Shown here: positions 57,211-64,000 of the stretch, in pieces | Layout of the letters: every line of letters starts with the position of its first letter | Position numbering within the stretch: the stretch's first letter is position 1 | NCBI GenBank assembly: GCA_963786955.1 | Contig: CAWBAT010000007.1 | Span: 160,001 to 224,000, forward strand | Origin: an uncultured Acidimicrobiia bacterium | Lineage (GTDB): Bacteria; Acidobacteriota; Terriglobia; Versatilivoradales; Versatilivoraceae | Direction of reading: 5' to 3' | Length of the DNA: 64,000 bases | Position numbers and translations under genes: made by a program | Notes under the pieces: generated by a model | What the model saw: only the letters and a program-made list of their open reading frames with translations | What the model was told of the DNA's origin: nothing | The model's database searches: none

Positions 57211-58223
57211 GCGGTTTTGGATGGCCGTCCCAACTGCGTTTTGCAGACCCATGGTATCTGCTCTTGTTATTGGCTTTGCCCTTGGCTTTAGTGAAAGACC
57301 GATGGGGTGGAAAGCGGTATCGAAGCGGGATTGTGTTTCCACAAGTCTTTCTAGCGGGGAAGCTGGGCAATAGCTGGACGCTCTTGGTGCAGAAACAATT
57401 GTTCATTGTGAAGCTTCTGGGAATTGGTCTTCTGATACTCGCTTTTGCCCGTCCGCAGCTGGGTTCGGCCGAAGAGGATATTCTCACCGAAGGCGTGGAT
57501 ATCATGGTTGCACTCGACATCTCGGGCAGCATGGCGGCCGAAGATTTCAGACCGAACAACCGAATTTCTGTTGCCAAAAGGGTTGTTGCCGATTTTATCC
57601 AAGGCCGGCGTTCCGATCGAATCGGGCTGGTTATTTTTGCGGCGAAGAGTTTTACGAAATGCCCTTTGACGATTGACTACGATGTATTGCTCAAGCAAGT
57701 CGATGACGTTCAGTTGGGTGCCATTGAAGATGGGACGGCGATTGGAAGCGGGTTGGCCAATGCCGTGAATCGTTTGCGGGCATCGAAAGCAAAGAGTCGT
57801 GTCATCATATTGTTGACAGACGGAGTCAATAACAGTGGGGAAATCGATCCATTAACTGCCGCTGAACTGGCTCGTAGCCTAGGGATGAAAGTCTATACCG
57901 TCGGAGTGGGACGGGAAGGCATAGCCCCATTTCCGGTGAAGGACCCTATTTTCGGAAAACAATACGTGGATGTTGAAGTCCAGATTGATGAGGCGTTACT
58001 CAAGAAAATCGCAGCTTCTACAGGCGGCCAATATTATCGAGCATTGGACAGTGATTCACTGGAGCGAATCTTCAAAACAATCGACAGCCTGGAAAAATCG
58101 AGTGTGAGCGTAAAATCCTATACCCATTACAACGAAGTTTATAACTATTTTCTTTGGCCGGCGTTGGGATTGATCTTCTTGGAAACCTTGCTGGCTTATT
58201 CTCGTTTTAAAACGTTGCCGTAA
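57207..58223 (+). CDS. batA: VWA-domain protein BatA
   Basis: ARPQ, DISGSM (MIDAS), DRIGLV, GTAIG, LLTDG.NN. Confidence 0.9.
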   Translation: MSGFGWPSQLRFADPWYLLLLLALPLALVKDRWGGKRYRSGIVFPQVFLAGKLGNSWTLLVQKQLFIVKLLGIGLLILAFARPQLGSAEEDILTEGVDIMVALDISGSMAAEDFRPNNRISVAKRVVADFIQGRRSDRIGLVIFAAKSFTKCPLTIDYDVLLKQVDDVQLGAIEDGTAIGSGLANAVNRLRASKAKSRVIILLTDGVNNSGEIDPLTAAELARSLGMKVYTVGVGREGIAPFPVKDPIFGKQYVDVEVQIDEALLKKIAASTGGQYYRALDSDSLERIFKTIDSLEKSSVSVKSYTHYNEVYNYFLWPALGLIFLETLLAYSRFKTLP

Positions 58224-59290
58224 TGCACTTTGCGAATCCTCAATTCCTGATTCTCTTTTGGCTGACGCCCATCCTGGCGGTGTGCTTTTGGTGGAGTTTT
58301 CGCCAGAGGCGGAAGGCCTTGTATCGGTTTGCCGAAAAGAAGCTTGCCGAACAGCTGATCCGGGGGGTAAGTCCGACAAAGAAGGGGATCAAGGCAATCT
58401 GCCTCCTCTTTTTCTTCTCACTAGTGGTCCTTTCCTTGTGTCGCCCACAGTGGGGGACTAAGCTGGAGTCCGTCAAGCGAAAGGGAATTGATCTGGTGTT
58501 CGTATTGGACACATCATTGAGCATGGAAGCTCAAGATGTCGTCCCAGGGAGGTTAGAAAAGGCAAAGCATGAGATACGAGCCTTGATTGAGATTCTGGAA
58601 GGGGATCGCGTCGGGCTTGTCGTGTTTGCCGGAACGGCAATGGTGAATTGCCCGCTCACAATCGACCAAAACGCAGTGAAGTTATTCCTTGAAATTGTGA
58701 ATACTCAAGTGATTCCACGTCCAGGGACCAATATCGGCGAGGCGATTCAAAAAGCCATCCAAGCTTTCGATCCGAAGGAGCGGCGACATAAAGTCATGGT
58801 CCTTCTCACCGATGGAGAGAGTCTGGAAGGCAATCCCATCAAAGCTGCCGAGGAAGCACGGGCTGAAGGGATTGTGATTTACGCAATCGGCATAGGGACT
58901 CCAGCCGGCGAGCCGATTCCACTGAGAGATGAGCGAGGGAACGTAACGGGGTACAAGAAAGAGGAGGGCGGGGGCGTGGTGGTCAGCCGTTTGGATGAAG
59001 AGTCACTGCAACAGATTGCGAGCGTCTCGGGGGGACAGTACTTTCGCGCAACGCCGGGGGAAAATGAAGTGGAGAAAATCGTTCGGGCCGTTGCACAAAT
59101 GGACAAGAAGGAGTTTCAGTCGAAAATCTATTTGACCTATGTCGATCGCTTTCAGATTCCTCTGGGAATCGCGATAACCATAATTCTGTTGGAGACATTC
59201 CTTTCCGTCTTCCAGCGCTCGGGTGGACCTTGGGGAAGATTTTCCGAGCTGTTGGATCTAAACCGATTAAGAAGAGATCGAGTCTCATGA
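58223..59290 (+). CDS. batB: VWA-domain protein BatB
   Basis: RPQWG, DTSLSM, GDRVGLVVFAG, LTDGE, VVSRLDE. Confidence 0.9.
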   Translation: MHFANPQFLILFWLTPILAVCFWWSFRQRRKALYRFAEKKLAEQLIRGVSPTKKGIKAICLLFFFSLVVLSLCRPQWGTKLESVKRKGIDLVFVLDTSLSMEAQDVVPGRLEKAKHEIRALIEILEGDRVGLVVFAGTAMVNCPLTIDQNAVKLFLEIVNTQVIPRPGTNIGEAIQKAIQAFDPKERRHKVMVLLTDGESLEGNPIKAAEEARAEGIVIYAIGIGTPAGEPIPLRDERGNVTGYKKEEGGGVVVSRLDEESLQQIASVSGGQYFRATPGENEVEKIVRAVAQMDKKEFQSKIYLTYVDRFQIPLGIAITIILLETFLSVFQRSGGPWGRFSELLDLNRLRRDRVS

Positions 59291-59316
59291 GGCATATTTT
59301 ATTGGAAAACATTGAT

Positions 59317-59387
59317 GTAGGGGCAAAGCATTTGAAAAGGTATCGAGAGGTGACCCCTTTCCTTGTTGTCGAATGATTTGCCCAATA
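59317..59387. repeat. Third, decayed copy of the GTAGGGGCGAAGCATT REP
   Basis: gtaggggcaaagcattt...gaatgatttgccc between batB and batC. Confidence 0.65.
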
Positions 59388-59423
59388 AACCTGTAAACCC
59401 TTAGAAAGACTAAAAGCCGCATC

Positions 59424-60242
59424 ATGAAACTGAAAAAGTTTAAGAATGTCAGACACCCGTTTCTAATCGTTGCCCGCCAGCACTCTTGCCGGTTCATAGC
59501 TTTTTGGGCTGTCTTGATGCTATGCAGCGGACAAATTTGGAGAGACCCTCTATCTCGCAAGAATTCCGAAGGGAATGAACTCTATCAGCAAAAGAACTTT
59601 CCGAAGGCCTTGGATAAGTATGTTGAAGCCCAAGATGGAAAGCACTACCAATCGGAATTGTCTTACAACCTCGCCAACACTTTATACCAACAGAAGAAAT
59701 ACGCTGAAGCCATACAAGAATACGAGAAGGCAGCTTCCGTTGGAGAATCACGACTCAAAGAAAACATCTACTACAACAAAGGAAACGCATTTTTCCAGAC
59801 CAGAAAATATAAGGAGGCCGTCGTATCGTATACGAAGGCTCTCGAACTAAATCCCAAAGACCTGGACGCCAAGCATAATTTGGAATTGGCCCTTCGGAAA
59901 ATGCAAGAGAACCCGCAATCGAAAGAAAGTCAGAATAAGCAGAATCAGTCGTCGCAAAAGGAAAAGCCCAGCTCCGGGCAAGATCGTCAAAGCGAATCCC
60001 AAGAAGGAAAAAACAAGCCAGAGCAGCAACGGCAGGATGAACATCAACAAAAAGACAGCAAGGACCCATCGCAGAATAAACAGCCAGAAGGGCAAGCGCA
60101 ATCGAAGCCTGACCGGGAACCTCGCATGGACCCTAAGCAAGCCCTGCAAATCCTGGATGCGCTCAATCAACAGGAGAAGCAAGAACAAAGAAAACAGGCC
60201 CTTAAGGTCCAGCGGGCAGGCACAAAAGGCAAGGATTGGTAG
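59424..60242 (+). CDS. batC: TPR protein BatC
   Basis: YNLANTLY, YNKGNAFF, AKHNLELA, Q/K/E-rich tail ending KDW; start uncertain. Confidence 0.85.
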   Translation: MKLKKFKNVRHPFLIVARQHSCRFIAFWAVLMLCSGQIWRDPLSRKNSEGNELYQQKNFPKALDKYVEAQDGKHYQSELSYNLANTLYQQKKYAEAIQEYEKAASVGESRLKENIYYNKGNAFFQTRKYKEAVVSYTKALELNPKDLDAKHNLELALRKMQENPQSKESQNKQNQSSQKEKPSSGQDRQSESQEGKNKPEQQRQDEHQQKDSKDPSQNKQPEGQAQSKPDREPRMDPKQALQILDALNQQEKQEQRKQALKVQRAGTKGKDW

Positions 60243-62158
60243 AAGGTCTCATGCAACATCTTGGCATCCATTTCCAATCGGGGGCGTCCAAAAAACAGCG
60301 TGGGGGCATCAAACGGGCGTTATTTGCTGTCATCCTGACTCTCTGGGCCATGTCAGCCACATACGTCAGTGCCGAGGACGCGTCTGTTACCGCCCAGGTG
60401 GAACCAAACCCCATTGAAATCGATGAGCAACTGACCTTGGTCATTACCGTGACGGGACCGGGCAGTGCAAGCCCGCCCCAGCTCCCGAAGATTGACGGGG
60501 TAAAGCTGACGGGCGGACCGGCAGTGGCCAGTCAGTTTCAATGGGTGAATGGCCAGTCTTCCTCCTCCCAGAGTTTCACGTATTATTTCCAACCGGAGCG
60601 GGAAGGCAATGTCAAGATCCCATCGATCTCCGTGAAAGTGGGCGGCAAGGTTTACCAGACTCAAGAGATCAATGTCAAAGTAGTGAAAGATGCGGGCGGT
60701 GGCCAAAAGAATGCGCCGAAGCGGAGAAGCCCCTTATCAATCTTTGACGACATGGGGCTTGATGAGGATAGCCCCTATCGAGATCGAACACCGCGGCGAG
60801 CTGATGTATTGGTTGTTGCCGAAGTCGATAAGAAAAATGTCTCCGTGGGCGAACAAGTGACCCTCACCTACAAGATCCTGACTCAACTTCCCATTACACA
60901 AGTGGAACTTAAAGAAAGCCCCGCCTTGAATGGATTTTGGGTAGAAGAAATCCCTACCTCGAAGAATCCCGAGGCTCAAAATCGCGTGGTTAACGGTAAG
61001 CAGTTCGCAGAATACATCGTCAAGAAGCAGGCGCTTTTCCCGACCGGCGCCGGTACCCAGCAAATTCCATCGTCCACATTCGGGCTGGTTGTAAGGACGG
61101 GTACGGGAGGCTTGTTTTCTCTAGGCAGTCAAGAAGCAGTCGTGCGAAAGACTGATCCAATCGCGATCAAGGTGGCTGCAATTCCTGAAAAAGGAAGGTT
61201 ACCCAATTTCGTCGGCGCCGTGGGTAATTTCAAACTCGAATCAAGTGTTGATAAATCCTCGGCTGAGACCGGAGAGGCCGTCAATCTTAAAGTCACATTG
61301 ACTGGAATTGGAAATTTGAAAACGATCACGGATTTTCCGCTTCCCAGCTTGCCGGGTTTTAAGATTTACTCTTCCAAAAGCAATGACAATATGAATTTCA
61401 AGAATGACGTTCTGCAAGGGACGAAGACCTGGGAATACGTCATTATTCCTCAAGCTCCTGGCCAGGAAATAATCCCGGAGCTAAAGTTCGATTACTTTTC
61501 CCCTGAGTCGCGACAGTTTCAGGAGGCTCGTACCCCTCCGCTGCAGGTGACGGTTCGGAAAGGTAAAGAAACGGCCGGAACAGAATCTGGCCCATCGGCC
61601 GTCTTGCAACAGGGAATCATAAAACGCGGTAGCGATATTAACTACATTAAGGTTTATTCCGCACCACTGAGAGACCGGTCTCGTCACTTCTACCAGTCTA
61701 TCTGGCTTTACCTGGTGATGATGATCCCCGCACTCTTCAATGGATTCTTACTGGCGTATATCAATCGCCAGGCGCGTCTGAGCCAAGACCTCATCGGTTT
61801 TCGGAGACGGAGGGCGGGCAAGGTCGCAGAGAAGCGCCTCGCCGATGCCAAAAAATGCCTTGAAAAGGAAGAATTCAGTCAATTTCATAGCATTTTGGAG
61901 TCGTCCATTGCCGGCTATCTGAGTGATAAATTCAACCTGCTGCAAATTGAAATTACTTCTCAGCAAGTGAAGCGATTTATGGAAGAAAAAAAGCTGAATC
62001 CGGACCTTACGATGCAAATCAGCTCTTTGCTTGAAGAGTGTAATTATGCGCGCTATGCGCCAGTCTCCCTTGACCGGAAGAACCTGGAAGCGCTTTTTGA
62101 GAAGGCCCGCAATGCCATGATCCGCATCGAAAAAGAGACAGGTTCAGTAAAGAGGTGA
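60236..62158 (+). CDS. batD: BatD-family protein
   Basis: WVNGQSSSS, VGEQVTLTY, GAVGNF, GIGNL, C-terminal TM and ARYAP. Confidence 0.88.
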   Translation: MVEGLMQHLGIHFQSGASKKQRGGIKRALFAVILTLWAMSATYVSAEDASVTAQVEPNPIEIDEQLTLVITVTGPGSASPPQLPKIDGVKLTGGPAVASQFQWVNGQSSSSQSFTYYFQPEREGNVKIPSISVKVGGKVYQTQEINVKVVKDAGGGQKNAPKRRSPLSIFDDMGLDEDSPYRDRTPRRADVLVVAEVDKKNVSVGEQVTLTYKILTQLPITQVELKESPALNGFWVEEIPTSKNPEAQNRVVNGKQFAEYIVKKQALFPTGAGTQQIPSSTFGLVVRTGTGGLFSLGSQEAVVRKTDPIAIKVAAIPEKGRLPNFVGAVGNFKLESSVDKSSAETGEAVNLKVTLTGIGNLKTITDFPLPSLPGFKIYSSKSNDNMNFKNDVLQGTKTWEYVIIPQAPGQEIIPELKFDYFSPESRQFQEARTPPLQVTVRKGKETAGTESGPSAVLQQGIIKRGSDINYIKVYSAPLRDRSRHFYQSIWLYLVMMIPALFNGFLLAYINRQARLSQDLIGFRRRRAGKVAEKRLADAKKCLEKEEFSQFHSILESSIAGYLSDKFNLLQIEITSQQVKRFMEEKKLNPDLTMQISSLLEECNYARYAPVSLDRKNLEALFEKARNAMIRIEKETGSVKR

Positions 62159-62162
62159 GGCC

Positions 62163-62972
62163 ATGAAGAAGAGCGGGCAGGGAACTAAGTTCATGAGGAT
62201 TGTGTTCATTATCCTTTCTCTGAATGGTTTATTTTCCTCCCTAATCCCGGTTGTTCATGCGGAGGTTCGTGGGGCCGAAGTCTCACAGCTTCTGAGTAGC
62301 GGGAATCAGTTTTACAGTCAGGGGAATTATAGAGCGGCCATCGAGCAATATGAGAGATTGGTTCGATTGCCGTTTTCGAATGAGATTGTCTATTACAATC
62401 TAGGGAATGCTTACTTCAAAAACAGCCAGCTGGGGAATGCCATTTTGAATTTCGAGAAAGCTTCTAAGCTTGCTCCTCACGATCCGGATGTCATTGCAAA
62501 CCTGGAATTGGTCAAGGGGCGAATTGCTGACAAGATTGAAGGCCGGCAAGAAAACTTTCTACTGAGAGAGTTGAGAAAAATGACCTCTTTTATTCCCCTG
62601 GATGTCGAAACTGTCTTGGTTGTGCTCCTCTTTATTTCTGCCAATCTAAGCTTTACGCTGTTCCTCTTGAGCCGCTCTCCTTTATTTTCGCGGTTGGCCA
62701 TGGTGGGCGCCGGAGTTCTGTTGTTTTTCTCCTGCCTATTGGGCGTCTCTAATGCCATGCGGATTTATCAGGCAGAGACTTTGCGTGAAGGGGTTGTACT
62801 AGCCGACAAGGTAGATGTCGTTAGCGGTCCTGCTGCTGATAATTCGATCCTATTCTCAATTCACGAAGGGCTAAAAATTCGAATTGAAAATGAATTGGAA
62901 GGCTGGCTTCACATCAGTCTCGAAAATGGCTGGAATGGCTGGATAAAGAAAGACGGAGTTGGGATGATCTGA
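62163..62972 (+). CDS. batE: TPR/SH3 protein BatE
   Basis: YYNLGNAYFK, two TM segments, FSIHEGLK...GWI SH3-like end. Confidence 0.85.
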   Translation: MKKSGQGTKFMRIVFIILSLNGLFSSLIPVVHAEVRGAEVSQLLSSGNQFYSQGNYRAAIEQYERLVRLPFSNEIVYYNLGNAYFKNSQLGNAILNFEKASKLAPHDPDVIANLELVKGRIADKIEGRQENFLLRELRKMTSFIPLDVETVLVVLLFISANLSFTLFLLSRSPLFSRLAMVGAGVLLFFSCLLGVSNAMRIYQAETLREGVVLADKVDVVSGPAADNSILFSIHEGLKIRIENELEGWLHISLENGWNGWIKKDGVGMI

Positions 62973-63008
62973 GCCAATCGACCGAGAGTCAACACCGATA
63001 CGCAGGGT

Positions 63009-64000
63009 TCAGGAAGCTTTTGGATCTAGATTCAGTCGTTCCATCTCATACAAGAGCGTCTCGCGAAGCCCTTCTTCAAATGGGCGGGGCTGAAATCCGA
63101 GTTCACGTCTAGCCTTGCTATTGTCGCCAATATAGGTAGTCCCCGCGATCACCCGCAAACTTTCCGACGTATACTCCGGAGGAAGAGAGAAGAAATGACC
63201 CACGATTCCCATCAAATTAGCCATCATGCTCATCATCCCGGGCGAAGGGCGAAGTCTGGGGGCTTTGATTCCGGTGATTTTTTCTGCGAATGCAAAAGCC
63301 TCTTCAAAGGTATGAATGGGTCCGGCAATGATATAACTTTCTCCCGGCTTTCCCTTTTCCATGGCTAAGACATGCCCTCGGGCCGTGTCCTCGACATGCG
63401 CCCAGCAAAAAGCAGTTTGTTTCGGGATGAGAGGTAGTTTGCTTTGCAGATATTTCCTGAAAGTCTCCCCCATGATACTGGCATCTCCTGGTCCGTATAC
63501 GACGCCCGGTTGGACGATGACTAAGGGTAATCCTTGTTCGATGAGGGGAAGAGCAACTTGGTAATGAGCCAGCCACTTCGTTCGGTCATACTCACTGAGC
63601 CAGGGCCCATCGTGACGGTAGGTTTCATCCACCGCTTTCCCTCTGGTGTCTGAGAATACCGCTAGGGTACTTGTATATACTCCTTTCGGGATTGCCAACT
63701 CTCGCATCAATTCGAGTACATTCCGGGTTCCATCAACATTAATCCTTTCCGCTAAAAGAGAGTTCGGCACGCCGACCTTATACCAAGCAGCAATATGGAA
63801 AACGCCTTCAGCCTGAGACATCGGCAGGCGCATGCATTCTTTGTCGATGATGTCTCCTTCAGAAAGCTCGACGCCAAGAGCTTTTAATTCTCCTCCTTTG
63901 GATTTGTCGCGCACCAAAGCATTGACGCGATGTCCGGCCTCGATCAGTTGACGAGCTACCCGACCGCCGATAAAACCTGTTGCTCCAGTCAGAAAATAAT
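63009..64000 (-). CDS. NAD-dependent epimerase/dehydratase (DFR/HpnA-like), 5' end outside the window
   Basis: The frame stays open to the window edge: YFLTGATGFIGG, HIAAWY, YTST, YDRTK, VYGPGD. Confidence 0.9.
   Translation of the reverse strand, partial: YFLTGATGFIGGRVARQLIEAGHRVNALVRDKSKGGELKALGVELSEGDIIDKECMRLPMSQAEGVFHIAAWYKVGVPNSLLAERINVDGTRNVLELMRELAIPKGVYTSTLAVFSDTRGKAVDETYRHDGPWLSEYDRTKWLAHYQVALPLIEQGLPLVIVQPGVVYGPGDASIMGETFRKYLQSKLPLIPKQTAFCWAHVEDTARGHVLAMEKGKPGESYIIAGPIHTFEEAFAFAEKITGIKAPRLRPSPGMMSMMANLMGIVGHFFSLPPEYTSESLRVIAGTTYIGDNSKARRELGFQPRPFEEGLRETLLYEMERLNLDPKAS

Noticed and set aside
54006-62972. moxR/DUF58/VWA/TPR cluster as a novel system
   Set aside because: It matches the known Bat (Bacteroides aerotolerance)-type MoxR operon in content and order.
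1-64000. CRISPR array, rRNA, prophage, transposase or defence genes
   Set aside because: No regularly spaced direct repeats with spacers and no recognisable cas, phage, IS or defence proteins were seen.

Overview
A 64 kb stretch of bacterial chromosome, most likely Acidobacteriota. This is inferred from the GWxTD, DUF1080, DUF2911 and DinB genes, the many Tat-signal enzymes and the gene order. Core genes are zapA, 6S RNA, rny-ymdB-ffh, leuCD, tRNA-Phe(GAA), archease-rtcB, nadA and a complete moxR/DUF58/bat operon. Between them lie accessory genes: sugar oxidoreductases and a dehydratase, glycoside hydrolases, an RND pump, an MFS transporter, an ECF sigma factor and an AT-rich PadR island. I saw no integrase, transposase, CRISPR array, rRNA or recognisable defence system. 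The best candidate for an undescribed system is the minus-strand block at 27590-31438. There a small membrane-targeted ORF ending in an RPPP (RAPP-like ribosome-arrest) motif precedes a translationally coupled B12-type radical SAM / DegT-family aminotransferase / DedA operon, and a diverged copy of the dedA 3' end lies just upstream of the block. The window also holds about five short gene scars and several distinct REP-like and heptamer repeat families. All family assignments come from motif recognition by eye, not from database searches.
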